Shown here: positions 1-8,897 of the stretch, piece after piece
Position numbering within the stretch: position 1 is the first letter of the stretch
Layout of the letters: each line of letters begins with the position of its first letter
Source of the DNA: Peptococcaceae bacterium
Lineage (GTDB): Bacteria > Bacillota > Peptococcia > DRI-13 > UBA5745
DNA length: 35,229 nt
Direction of reading: 5' to 3'
NCBI GenBank assembly: GCA_031264885.1
Contig: JAISDM010000173.1
Span: 1-35,229 of the forward strand
Program-made: the position numbers and the translations under genes
The notes under the pieces: model-generated
What the model was told of the DNA's origin: nothing
The model's input: the letters and a program-made list of their open reading frames with translations, nothing else
Database searches by the model: none

Positions 1-1101
1 CAGGAACTGCGCGATGTTCTGGCTGCACAGAGCGACAGAGATGGCCATGGGCGCCGAGGCCGCGTCCACCGCGTTGGTCACATGCACCATCATATTGGGT
101 ATCGCGGCCGAGAAAGCCAGTCCGCACAAGAAACAGCCGAGATAAACCACCGTGATATCCGGCGCGTACGCCATCAGCATATAACTCAGGAACAGCGCCG
201 CGAACGCCGCGGTCAGCGTCTGGCCCCGGGTGATTTTGACCAATCCCGCATACAAAGCCCCCATGACAAAGCCCCCGAGAGAAAACAGCATCACGGTCTG
301 CCCCGCCTGCGCCGCGGTTCCCAGCCTGTGTACATCAATAAAAAACGAGATAAACGTGGAAAAAACCTGGCCGCTGATAAAAAACATAAATAGCATCAGC
401 GTCCACCATACAAAGGCCCCCGTCAGCACGCCGGTCTTCTTCCCGGCGCCGGCGGTCGCGCCTCCCCCGGCGCCTTCGCCCGAGCCCGCGCCGATGACCC
501 CGGCGCCTTCGCCATCGGTCGCGCCACCCCCAGAGGCGGCGGCGCGCCCGGGGGGTTTCTCCATGGGCAAAAATAACAAGACACAGATCAAAGAGCCCAG
601 GCCCAATAAATACACATAAAACACCTTGTCCCAGCTGATATCCGCCAAATAGCCGCCGATTAGCACCATCCCCGCGCAGCCCAGCATGGAAGCCGAAGCC
701 TGCTGCCCCATCACCTTCGCCCGCTCATCCCCCTGAAAATACTCCGCGATCAGCACCGTGGACAGAGGCTGCAAGATCCCCAGCCCAACCCCCAGCACAG
801 CCCGGAGTCCCAATATAATCGAAAAAGACGAACAGAAAGCCGGTGCCGCGCCGCCGGCCAAGTAACAGAGGATGCCCGTCACTACCAAAACCTTCTTCGA
901 GACAAATTCCTGCAGCTTCCCCATGGCCAGCGCAAAAGGAATCATCACGATGCACGGCAGCGAAATTAACATCTGAATGGCAGTCTGCGGCTCCCCCGCG
1001 AACCTCTGCCCGATCACGGACAGCCCGCCGGATATACCGATGGCGCCCATCATCAGCGCCGAAAAACTCAAGACCGCGATTTTAATCTTCAGCCGGTTCA
1101 T
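1..1101 (-). CDS. MFS-type transporter, C-terminus cut by the window edge
   Basis: Absent from the ORF track because it runs off the window. Hand translation of the minus strand from ATG (1101-1099) has no stop down to position 1 (367 codons, MNRLKIKIAVLSFSALMMGAIGISGG...). It is helix-rich and hydrophobic with a Gly/Ala-rich central loop, like the neighbouring MFS protein. The + strand ORFs 82-393, 230-619 and 843-1085 are antisense shadows. Confidence 0.8.
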   Translation of the reverse strand, partial: MNRLKIKIAVLSFSALMMGAIGISGGLSVIGQRFAGEPQTAIQMLISLPCIVMIPFALAMGKLQEFVSKKVLVVTGILCYLAGGAAPAFCSSFSIILGLRAVLGVGLGILQPLSTVLIAEYFQGDERAKVMGQQASASMLGCAGMVLIGGYLADISWDKVFYVYLLGLGSLICVLLFLPMEKPPGRAAASGGGATDGEGAGVIGAGSGEGAGGGATAGAGKKTGVLTGAFVWWTLMLFMFFISGQVFSTFISFFIDVHRLGTAAQAGQTVMLFSLGGFVMGALYAGLVKITRGQTLTAAFAALFLSYMLMAYAPDITVVYLGCFLCGLAFSAAIPNMMVHVTNAVDAASAPMAISVALCSQNIAQFL

Positions 1102-1110
1102 CAGCCCTCA

Positions 1111-2310
1111 TCAGCCCTCCTTCGGCGCCTTTCGGCGCGCCAAACGCGCGATCAGGAACACCGTCGCCAGCACAGCCGCGGAAATCACCCGGTATCCCAT
1201 ATCATAATCAAACCGCTCCGCCACATTCCCCATCATGACAGAGCCCAGAACCACAGACAGATCCACCCCCACGAAATACGTGGCGCTGGCCGCCCCGTGC
1301 CGCTCCGGCTCCACCTGGCGCACCACCGAAGTCTGGATGGTGGGCGTCGCGATTCCATAGCCCAGACCGAGTATTACGCCGGCCGCCGCGAGATAGACGA
1401 AAGACTGCGCCATGCTGATGATCCAAAGGCCGGCGGCGCACAATACCGCGCAGGGATAAAGAATCCGCTGATAAGGCAGCTCATCGATCCACCGGCTGCT
1501 AAAAATACGCGTCGCGATAAGAACAACGATATGGATCGTAAAATAAAACCCCACCGCCTGAATGCCCCTTCCCCTGGCAAACACCACGAGGAAATTGCTC
1601 ACCGCCGTATGCCCGCACATAAAGATGGCTCCCACCACCGCGATTCCGACCGCTTCCTTCGCGAAAATATTGTGAAAGACAAATTTCTCTTTCGAGCCTG
1701 TTGTACCCTGGCTGTTCAACGCGAGACTCAGACAAACAGAGAACAGGACAAAACTCGCCGTCGTGTAGAACACTGCGGAATAACCCAGCGCGTCCGCTAC
1801 GGAAAGCCCGATAACCGGAGCGATGGCCTGATTCCCGATGGTGCTGATCCCATAGAAACCGATCCCCTGCCCCAATTTATCCTCAGGCAAAGTCTGCACA
1901 ATGGAAACCATAATCAGCGTGGTGGTAATCCCGTACATAAACCCCTGAATCAGCCGCATGACAATCAGCAAATAGATATTCCTGCTCAGCGACATACAGA
2001 AAATAACCGCCGCTATGGCCGTCTGCACGATGCAGATGACCTTCTTTCTCTCAGCGCGGTCCGCCACAATCCCGGCAAAAGGCCGGATCAGCAGCGAAGA
2101 GAAAGAAGCCGCGGCGGCCAGATAACCCAGCTGACTCTCCACCGCGCCCATATTGGAAGCGTACAGAGGCAGAATAGGCGTCAGAATCTGCGTGCCCAGC
2201 GACGAGACCGCGTTAATGATCAATAAGATAATATAATCTTTACTCCAAATTGACAATGAGCCGACCTTCCCTCGAAATCTATAACGCGATTCGCGTTTGG
2301 AGATACGCAC
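1111..2310 (-). CDS. MFS transporter
   Basis: 399-aa ORF with about 12 hydrophobic segments and an MFS-like loop (ADRAERKK). The stop lies 9 nt upstream of the next MFS start. The track start is GTG at 2310. An alternative TTG at 2256 follows a GAGGGAAGG ribosome-binding site, so the start is uncertain. Confidence 0.85.
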   Translation of the reverse strand: MRISKRESRYRFRGKVGSLSIWSKDYIILLIINAVSSLGTQILTPILPLYASNMGAVESQLGYLAAAASFSSLLIRPFAGIVADRAERKKVICIVQTAIAAVIFCMSLSRNIYLLIVMRLIQGFMYGITTTLIMVSIVQTLPEDKLGQGIGFYGISTIGNQAIAPVIGLSVADALGYSAVFYTTASFVLFSVCLSLALNSQGTTGSKEKFVFHNIFAKEAVGIAVVGAIFMCGHTAVSNFLVVFARGRGIQAVGFYFTIHIVVLIATRIFSSRWIDELPYQRILYPCAVLCAAGLWIISMAQSFVYLAAAGVILGLGYGIATPTIQTSVVRQVEPERHGAASATYFVGVDLSVVLGSVMMGNVAERFDYDMGYRVISAAVLATVFLIARLARRKAPKEG

Positions 2311-2537
2311 CCGTCAAAGACGGGCGGCAGAATGCCGCCCCCTACAGACGCATTGTTCACGGTACCGTAGGGGCGGCATTCTGCCGCCCGGGACCGTCCG
2401 AAAACAACAAAAGTTCGGCCTGTGCAATTGTGCGCATCCGTTCCCTGTCATTCCGCTCCATCGTATCTTGTCATTCCGGGCTTGACCCGGAGTCCAGGTT
2501 CCCTCTTTTGGATTCCGGGTCAAGCCCGGAATGACAG
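2311..2537. repeat. Intergenic modular palindromic repeat, locus R1
   Basis: Near-perfect 23-bp inverted repeat: GGGCGGCAGAATGCCGCCCCCTAC (2322-2345) and GTAGGGGCGGCATTCTGCCGCCC (2367-2389), followed by the tail GGGACCGTCCGAAAAC. Two inverted B modules follow: GTCATTCCGGGCTTGACCCGGAGTCC (2469-2496) and GGATTCCGGGTCAAGCCCGGAATGAC (2510-2537). The same modules recur at six other loci. Confidence 0.85.
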
Positions 2538-2602
2538 GGAACAAATGTGCCTGCCACCCCTCCCAGGCCGAAATTTTTCCGAGCCACGAATCGCAGGGCC
2601 GC

Positions 2603-2632
2603 AAGGCCGCGCTTGAATCCAAGCGCGGCCTT
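2603..2632 (-). terminator. Perfect 13-bp stem hairpin downstream of the transketolase genes (possible terminator)
   Basis: AAGGCCGCGCTTG-aatc-CAAGCGCGGCCTT lies 56 nt after the transketolase C-subunit stop. No U-tract follows on either strand, so the terminator role is uncertain. Confidence 0.3.
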
Positions 2633-2687
2633 AGAACCAGTGCAACCATAATAATTTGCGCTTCTCGCTTGCCCTTTTGCCGCCCGC

Positions 2688-3641
2688 TTATTTCAGCGTC
2701 TTCTTGAAATAATCCACAACGGCGGTTACGTCATAGCCGTACTTCTTGCGCTGTTCCGGGCCGCTGCCGAATCCGGCGTATACCTGCGGAATCCCCAGCC
2801 GCTTGAACGTCTTGGGAACCACCTTATTGTCCACGAAGAAATCGGATATGGTACTGGCCAGCCCACCGTACATCAGATGATCCTCCAGAACCAGCACATT
2901 CCCGGTCTCATCGACGCACTTTTTGATCAGTTCCTCATCCACAGGCTTGATGCAGTACATATCCGCCACACGCACATCAATGCCCTCGCCTTTCAGGATC
3001 TCGGCGGCGTCATAAGCCTCCCCCACCATCTCCCCATGGCAGAAGATGGTGGCGTCCTTGCCCTCTCTGGCAATCGCGCCTCTGCCGATGCCGAAACTCC
3101 GCGCGTCTTGCTCATACATTACCCGGTCCTTCTTGCCTTCAGCCAGACGCATGAACATGGGACCCTGATGCTCCATGCTCAGGATAAGGATATCCCGGAT
3201 CATCAAAGGATCGCTGATAGAGAACACCGTCATATTCACAAAGGATTTCATAATGGCGATGTCTTCCATCGCGTTGTGGGTGGAACCGCCGCCGGAGGTC
3301 AAACCGCCGCCGGTGCCGATGATGCGCACATTCAGGTTCTGATAGCAGATATCCGTGCGCACCTGTTCGGTGGCCCGCATGGAAAGGAACGGGATCATGC
3401 CCATGACGATGCAGATATTGCCTTCCAGCGCCAGCCCGGCAGCCACGCCCAGGCAATTCGCCTCCGCGATGCCCACATCCACGAAGCGGTCAGGAAATTC
3501 TTTCTTATAGCCGCCCAGCGCCCCGCCGATATCCGGGGTCAACACCCACAAATTATCGTGTTTCGCTCCCAATTCAAGAACCGTGTCGCCAATGACGCTC
3601 CGTCCGGAAAAGAAATCCCCGAAATTCAGTGTGATTGCCAT
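2688..3641 (-). CDS. Transketolase family protein, C-terminal (pyrimidine-binding) subunit
   Basis: 317 aa. It has VDVGIAEANCLGVAAGLA and GGGSTHNAMEDIAIM motifs typical of the transketolase Pyr/C-terminal half. The start overlaps the preceding stop by 1 nt (TAATG). Confidence 0.9.
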   Translation of the reverse strand: MAITLNFGDFFSGRSVIGDTVLELGAKHDNLWVLTPDIGGALGGYKKEFPDRFVDVGIAEANCLGVAAGLALEGNICIVMGMIPFLSMRATEQVRTDICYQNLNVRIIGTGGGLTSGGGSTHNAMEDIAIMKSFVNMTVFSISDPLMIRDILILSMEHQGPMFMRLAEGKKDRVMYEQDARSFGIGRGAIAREGKDATIFCHGEMVGEAYDAAEILKGEGIDVRVADMYCIKPVDEELIKKCVDETGNVLVLEDHLMYGGLASTISDFFVDNKVVPKTFKRLGIPQVYAGFGSGPEQRKKYGYDVTAVVDYFKKTLK

Positions 3642-4504
3642 TATTTTGCACCTCTTTCCTTATCCCACGCGTCGTTTACATCCTTCAGCGCCTTGTTCAT
3701 ATCCTCTTCGCTGAGCATACCCGCGTGCCAGCCGATGTTCCTCTCCATGAACGACACGCCCTTGCCCTTGACGGTATTGGCCACAATCGCCTGAGGCTTA
3801 TCGGTTTCATTCGGCTTCTTCAAATGATCCAAAGCGTTTACGATTTCTTCCATATTATGACCGTCGATTTCCGTCACGTCCCAGCCAAAAGCCTTCCATT
3901 TGTCCGGATAGGGATCCATCTTCATGGATTCCTCAGAGAAAGAAGTCATCATCTGTTTGTTTCTGTCTATGACGCCGATTAAGTTCCCGAGATCTTTGGC
4001 GTGAGCCGCCATCGCGGCCTCCCAGATAGAACCCTCGCAGGTTTCGCCGTCGCCCATGTAGCAGAATACCCTGTGATTCTGTTTCTTTTGTTTGGCCGAA
4101 ATCGCCATGCCCACCGCGATGGAGAGCCCGTGCCCCAGGGAGCCCGAGGAGGTCTCCACCCCCGGCAGCCGCACCTTGCACGGATGCATGCCATACGCGC
4201 TGTCCAGCTTGCCATAGGTCTTCACAATGTCGTCATAATTGAAAAAGCCCTTATACGACATAGCGGTATACATCGCCATCGCGCCGTGACCCTTGCTCAG
4301 TACAAACCGGTCTCTTGTGGGCAGCGCGATATCGGACGAGTCCACGTTCAGCCCGTAATTATAAATCGCGATCATTAAATCGGTCATGGACAGATCGCCC
4401 CCGATATGCAGCACCCCTCCGTAAGTGCCGCAGAGCGTGAGCAATTTGACGCGCATATCGTGAGCCAGTTCCTTCAGATGATAAATTTCCTGTTGCGTTG
4501 CCAT
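3641..4504 (-). CDS. Transketolase family protein, N-terminal (ThDP-binding) subunit
   Basis: 287 aa. Motifs are SKGHGAMAMY, GSLGHGLSIAVGMA and the ThDP/metal motif GDGETCEGSIWEAAMAAHAKDLGNLIGVIDRN. The ribosome-binding site is AAAGGAGG. Confidence 0.9.
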   Translation of the reverse strand: MATQQEIYHLKELAHDMRVKLLTLCGTYGGVLHIGGDLSMTDLMIAIYNYGLNVDSSDIALPTRDRFVLSKGHGAMAMYTAMSYKGFFNYDDIVKTYGKLDSAYGMHPCKVRLPGVETSSGSLGHGLSIAVGMAISAKQKKQNHRVFCYMGDGETCEGSIWEAAMAAHAKDLGNLIGVIDRNKQMMTSFSEESMKMDPYPDKWKAFGWDVTEIDGHNMEEIVNALDHLKKPNETDKPQAIVANTVKGKGVSFMERNIGWHAGMLSEEDMNKALKDVNDAWDKERGAK

Positions 4505-4551
4505 TGACTTGCCTCCTTTGATTCTTTGAATTTAAGATTCTTTAAACAATA

Positions 4552-5601
4552 CTACTCAAGATCCGGATTGCATTTGACCAGAATCTTGGGGTATTTGCCC
4601 GTCATATGAGCGTCAAAAGCCGCCGGAGCGTCGTCCAGGTCAAACACCTTTGAGGTCATATCGTCCAAGTCCAGTCTCCCGATGACCTGAGCGGTACGGC
4701 TAAACGTATATGGGGACACAAAGATGCCGGTCATGGTGACTTCCTTCATGTACAGCATATCCCACATATTCACCGGCATATTGTAATCTCTCGCGTACTG
4801 CGCCACATAAATCAGATTGGCGTAAGGCGCCGCCAGGGCTTGCATCGTCTCCGCCGATTTGGGAACCCCCGAGACCTCAAACAGAATGTCAAAACCGCGT
4901 CCGCCCGTAATCTTCAGCGCTTCCTCCTTGAGATCCTGAGACAAAGGATCAATCGTATGCTTCGCGCCGTACTTGACCGCGATATCCCTTCTGGCGGCGA
5001 TGGGCTCGCTGATGGTCAAATTCGCCGCGCCGTAAAGATTGGCCAGCTGCAGCGTCAAGAGACCGATGGGGCCGCCGCCCAGCACGATGACGTTTTGCCC
5101 GAACTTAATATTGGATTTGTCCATGGCGCGGACAGCGATGGATACCGGTTCCAGAATACATCCGGTCTTCAGCGATACATCGTCCGGCAGCTTCACCGCC
5201 TGCTTCTCATGCCAGATCAGGTATTCGGCCATTCCCGGTTCCCCGCCGCCGTGCCGGCAGAACTGCTCCATGCCGTTGGTGCAATAATAGCAAGTCCCGC
5301 AGGTACTCCTGAAGTTCCCGGATACCCGGTCGCCCACTTTGAATCCGTTGATGTCCGCCTTCGGCCCGACCTCAGCCACCACGCCGGAGATTTCATGACC
5401 CATACCGAAGGGAGCGGGCCTGCCAAAGATACCCTCCACAGAATGGGGATCCGATCCGCAGATGGCGCAATAAGCCACCTTGATCAGAATTTCACCCTCA
5501 TTGAGTTTCCTCAAAGGCATATCGCAGACTTCCACAATCCCCTTCTTCGCCGGGTCCGGATCCTTCAAACTGCCGATCCTTGTCGTCATAACAACCTTCA
5601 T
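4552..5601 (-). CDS. Zinc-dependent alcohol/polyol dehydrogenase (MDR family, sorbitol/threonine-DH-like)
   Basis: 349 aa. Catalytic Zn motifs are CAICGSDPH and GHEISGVV. The structural Zn cysteines are CGTCYYCTNGMEQFC. The Rossmann motif is VLGGGPIG. Confidence 0.85.
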   Translation of the reverse strand: MKVVMTTRIGSLKDPDPAKKGIVEVCDMPLRKLNEGEILIKVAYCAICGSDPHSVEGIFGRPAPFGMGHEISGVVAEVGPKADINGFKVGDRVSGNFRSTCGTCYYCTNGMEQFCRHGGGEPGMAEYLIWHEKQAVKLPDDVSLKTGCILEPVSIAVRAMDKSNIKFGQNVIVLGGGPIGLLTLQLANLYGAANLTISEPIAARRDIAVKYGAKHTIDPLSQDLKEEALKITGGRGFDILFEVSGVPKSAETMQALAAPYANLIYVAQYARDYNMPVNMWDMLYMKEVTMTGIFVSPYTFSRTAQVIGRLDLDDMTSKVFDLDDAPAAFDAHMTGKYPKILVKCNPDLE

Positions 5602-5621
5602 ATGTTTATCCTCCTTTTAAT

Positions 5622-6059
5622 TTAATCCCACAACTCAATCATATTGCCGTCCGGATCCTTAAAAAAGATCCAATGCCCCGGTTCAGTAGGCATGCGCTTC
5701 TTCGGCGGGAAAAAAAACTCGATTCCGTCCGCCTTCATCCGCTCATACAGCTCCGGAATGCTCTCCACCTTAAAGGCCAAGTGATGATAGCCCGTCTTCT
5801 GCCATTCGGCGGGACCCGCTTTTTCCACATTTGAGAATTGAAAAACCTCCAGCACAACGCCGTCTTCCGACTCAAGCATCGCCATATCCGAATAGACGCC
5901 CTCCGGCTGGCGGTACAGCGCATCGCTGTCGCTGATGAATTCCTTGGGGAACCGGTGCGCCATATTCTTCTTAAATCCAAAATACTTCGTGTAAAAATCC
6001 GCGGTTCTGTCAAGATCGGACACAGTCAGGCCAAAGTGCATAAACGTGGTTTTCGCCAT
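5622..6059 (-). CDS. VOC-family protein (glyoxalase/dioxygenase/epimerase fold)
   Basis: MAKTTFMHFGLTVSDLDRTADFY...GYHHLAFKV...FKDPDGNMIELWD is a typical paired beta-alpha-beta-beta-beta VOC signature. I shortened the track ORF (to 6173) because GGAGGA sits 6 nt before the ATG at 6059. The longer form would overlap the MFS gene by 112 nt. Confidence 0.75.
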   Translation of the reverse strand: MAKTTFMHFGLTVSDLDRTADFYTKYFGFKKNMAHRFPKEFISDSDALYRQPEGVYSDMAMLESEDGVVLEVFQFSNVEKAGPAEWQKTGYHHLAFKVESIPELYERMKADGIEFFFPPKKRMPTEPGHWIFFKDPDGNMIELWD

Positions 6060-6061
6060 TT

Positions 6062-7270
6062 TCATTCCTCCTTTTTGAAACTCTGTTTTCTTCCATCGAG
6101 CAAGTGATACGCCAATCCCCCGAGCAGCGCCATAAAAAATCCGGTGAGAAACAGCCCGCGGAACCCGATCCAAGGGATCAGAAGTCCGGCGATCATCGGC
6201 CCCGTCGCGCTGCTCAGATCAATCGAGAAGTAATAGGTGGCGTTCGCGAGCCCCAGCCGGCGCCTGGGTACGATTGAATTCGCGAAAGCCATGGTACCGA
6301 TCTGTATCGTTCCAAAGCCCATTCCGAACACAGCCGCCGCCAGAAGCAGCGTCGCCGCGTGATAACTCTGGCTTAATATCAGAAAACCGGCCGAATACAC
6401 CACAAACGCGGGATACAAAATAAAATTGGGCCCCCTCCTGTCATACAGCTTGCTGACAAAAGGTCTGCTGATCAGAACCACCACCGCGTTCACGATAAAG
6501 TAATAAGCCGCCGCTTCCGTGAGATTGTTCCGGCTGGCAAAGACAGCCATAAACGTCATGATGGCCGCGTTAAACAGCATCAGCAGCATGGTGATCAGAC
6601 CCACCGGAACGACCCTCCGCTCAATGAAGCGATCCAAAAACAGCGTCCCGTCCTCTTCTGGGCGATCCGCCCCCGCCTGTTCTAACGGCGGCCGCTCCAG
6701 ACCCTTCAGCCTCAGAAAAGGCAGGAAGATCATATTGACCGCGGGCAGAACCGCGCCAAAGACAAACACAGCGCCATAATTCCCGCTGTTGGCCAGGTTC
6801 AGGCCCACGAAAGGCCCCAGGGCCGAGGACAGCACCTGAACCAGAGAATAATATCCCAGCCCCTCGCCCCTGCGCGCCTCCGGTATGATATTGGAGATAA
6901 TCGTCAGGTTCGTGTTGGACGTCATGCCATAGGAGACCCCGTGCAGGAACCGGATCACACACAGCAGCACCGCGCTTCCCGCCGCGAAATACCCCATCGT
7001 GACCGTCACAAGCAAAACAAGCCCCACGGACAGCATCCGCTTATATCCCACATAGTTCACAGCCGAAGCCGCGAACAGGCGCGCCGACAGAATCCCCGCG
7101 ATGAACAGCCCGGCCACGAAGCCGGCCTGGGCTTCGGACATATGAAACACATCCAGCGCGTACTTGGGCATAATGGTCAGAAGCGAGAAAAAATTGAGAC
7201 TCATGAAGAAATTGCTGCATGTGATCAGACCGTATTCCCGCGTCCAGAGCTTTTCCCTGATATCCGTCAT
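6062..7270 (-). CDS. MFS transporter
   Basis: Hydrophobic 12-TM-like ORF. The ATG at 7270 (MTDIREKLWTREYG...) is preferred over the track TTG at 7297. The stop TGA overlaps the first in-frame ATG of the VOC ORF (ATGA). Confidence 0.85.
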   Translation of the reverse strand: MTDIREKLWTREYGLITCSNFFMSLNFFSLLTIMPKYALDVFHMSEAQAGFVAGLFIAGILSARLFAASAVNYVGYKRMLSVGLVLLVTVTMGYFAAGSAVLLCVIRFLHGVSYGMTSNTNLTIISNIIPEARRGEGLGYYSLVQVLSSALGPFVGLNLANSGNYGAVFVFGAVLPAVNMIFLPFLRLKGLERPPLEQAGADRPEEDGTLFLDRFIERRVVPVGLITMLLMLFNAAIMTFMAVFASRNNLTEAAAYYFIVNAVVVLISRPFVSKLYDRRGPNFILYPAFVVYSAGFLILSQSYHAATLLLAAAVFGMGFGTIQIGTMAFANSIVPRRRLGLANATYYFSIDLSSATGPMIAGLLIPWIGFRGLFLTGFFMALLGGLAYHLLDGRKQSFKKEE

Positions 7271-7289
7271 AGGCCCGCCGTTTTTCCCT

Positions 7290-8855
7290 TCAATCAAAGC
7301 AGCCCATTCTCCCGGGCGTAAAGATCCGCGCGTCCATCAGCTTCAAATCCTTGCTGACAATGGGCTTAAAGCCCATTTTGCCCAGCACGTCTTTTTCCAG
7401 ATCCATGCCCGGAGCGATTTCAGTCAGCAGCAAGCCTTCCTTCGTCAGCTTGAATACGGCGCGCTCCGTGACAAAGACCGCTTCCCTGCCGTCCGCCATG
7501 GCGAGCTGGCCGCTGTACGTAATCTGAGCGACTTTATCCACGATTTTGGAAATGCTGCCTTCCTGATCGATCACCATCTTGCCGTCCTTGACAGACCCCT
7601 TGAATCCGGACGCGGTAAAAAACATCACAAAAACGGTCTTTTTGCTGCATTGGCTGATGTCCATGAATCCGCCCTGCCCGGAGGGACGCCCGCTCATCAG
7701 GCTGACGTTCACATTGCCTGTCTTGTCAACCTCCGCCGCTCCCAGGAACGCGATGTCCAGTCCGCCTCCATGGTAGAAGTCGAACATGGTGGGATGCGCC
7801 ACGAAGGAGGACGCGTTCAGCGACGCGCCAAAGTCGCTGGGCGGCGTGGGAACGCCTCCGAATGTGCCCAGCTCCAAAGTGAATGTAATCCTGTCCGCGA
7901 CGTTCTCGGTCTCCGCCACCAGGCCTATGCCCGCGCCGACGCCGACCCCCACGTTCACAATCGCCCCCGGACGCAGCTCATAGAGCGCCCGCCGGCACAC
8001 AATATCATCCGGCGTCAACACATCCTTGGGCGGCGGCGCGCTGGCGGCGGGCCGTCTCAATTCGCCGCTGTAATAGGGATTATGCACCTGACCCAATGTC
8101 TGCCGGTGGGTTTCCTCCGGTTTGTCCGCGATCACGACGGCGTCCACAATCTCGCCGGGCACCGCCACATCCTTCGCCTTCAGGGTTCCCCTGGCCGCGA
8201 CCCTCTTGACCTGGGCGATGACCTTGCCGCCGCGGGCCTTGGCGGCCAGCGCCGTCTCCATAATCTCCAGCTTCAGGGCCTCTTCCTCAATGGTGAGATT
8301 CCCGTCCTCGTCCCCGGTGGTCACCCGGATAAACGCCGCGTTGATGGGATGCGCCTTATAAAACAGCCATTCCTCCCCGTCAATCTCCATCAGCCGGACG
8401 ATGTCCTCCTTGGCGGCGGCGCTCATCTTCCCCCCGTCCTGCCTGGGATCGATATAAGTACCCATGCCGATCTTCGTCAAAAGCCCCGGCTGCCTGGCCG
8501 CGCTGGTCCGGTACAGCTGCTGCAGCACCCCCTGGGGCAGGGAATACCCCTCCACCTCGCAGGCCATGATCATCTCCTGTATGGGCCGGCAGGTCATCGG
8601 ATGCGAAGCGACGTAACGCTTCAGCATACCGGGCTGGGCGAATTTGGAATCGCCCATGGTCGGATGAACGGGGATCCCGTGCCCGCACCCCGCGAAAACC
8701 GTCAGCCCCTTGGGATGTCCGGTCTCTTTGTAACGCTCCGCCAAACCGATGGACAGATATTCCGGATACCCCACCATACCGCCTGACACGATCGCGATGG
8801 TATCTCCATCGCTGATCAGCTCCATAGCCTCCCGAAGCCCCATTATTTTGCTCAA
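7290..8855 (-). CDS. Class I acyl-CoA:carboxylate CoA-transferase, propionate CoA-transferase (Pct)-like
   Basis: 521 aa. By eye it is collinear with Clostridium propionicum Pct as I recall it: SDGDT..SGG, IDPRQDGGK, EDIVRLMEIDGEEWLFYKA, VKRVAARGTL..VPGEIVD.VV and the catalytic-Glu region TLELGTFGG. The start is TTG, 6 nt after AAGGAGGG. Confidence 0.9.
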   Translation of the reverse strand: MSKIMGLREAMELISDGDTIAIVSGGMVGYPEYLSIGLAERYKETGHPKGLTVFAGCGHGIPVHPTMGDSKFAQPGMLKRYVASHPMTCRPIQEMIMACEVEGYSLPQGVLQQLYRTSAARQPGLLTKIGMGTYIDPRQDGGKMSAAAKEDIVRLMEIDGEEWLFYKAHPINAAFIRVTTGDEDGNLTIEEEALKLEIMETALAAKARGGKVIAQVKRVAARGTLKAKDVAVPGEIVDAVVIADKPEETHRQTLGQVHNPYYSGELRRPAASAPPPKDVLTPDDIVCRRALYELRPGAIVNVGVGVGAGIGLVAETENVADRITFTLELGTFGGVPTPPSDFGASLNASSFVAHPTMFDFYHGGGLDIAFLGAAEVDKTGNVNVSLMSGRPSGQGGFMDISQCSKKTVFVMFFTASGFKGSVKDGKMVIDQEGSISKIVDKVAQITYSGQLAMADGREAVFVTERAVFKLTKEGLLLTEIAPGMDLEKDVLGKMGFKPIVSKDLKLMDARIFTPGRMGCFD

Positions 8856-8897
8856 ACAAATCCCTCCTTCGCTTACTAATACTTACGTCCGCCCGGG

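Noticed and set aside
430-560. Short direct repeats (CGGCGCCTTCGCC twice, GGTCGCGCC.CCCC twice) as a VNTR or separate element
   Set aside because: They lie in frame inside the MFS gene and encode a Gly/Ala-rich cytoplasmic loop (GGGATDGEGAG...GEGAGGGATAGAG). This is low-complexity coding sequence and not an independent feature.
1101-1119. Duplicated TCAGCCCTC at the junction of the two MFS genes
   Set aside because: It is a 9-nt duplication covering the stop of one gene and the start region of the next. It is too short to interpret and is probably a chance or slippage remnant.
5622-6173. Long (183-aa) version of the VOC ORF
   Set aside because: Its first 36 codons overlap the 3' end of the MFS gene in another frame. 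The GGAGGA site is correctly spaced only for the ATG at 6059.
7164-8786. 540-aa ORF on the + strand
   Set aside because: It is fully antisense to the well-supported CoA-transferase gene. Its composition is dominated by R/H/P/G/L, as expected for a shadow frame in GC-rich DNA, and it has no recognisable motif. The same reasoning applies to 1297-2226, 2877-3794, 9006-10205, 11257-12426, 12714-13397, 13835-15142, 15469-16122, 16381-17052, 21957-23087, 24542-25819 and 26028-26684 (all + strand) and to 28712-29524 (- strand).
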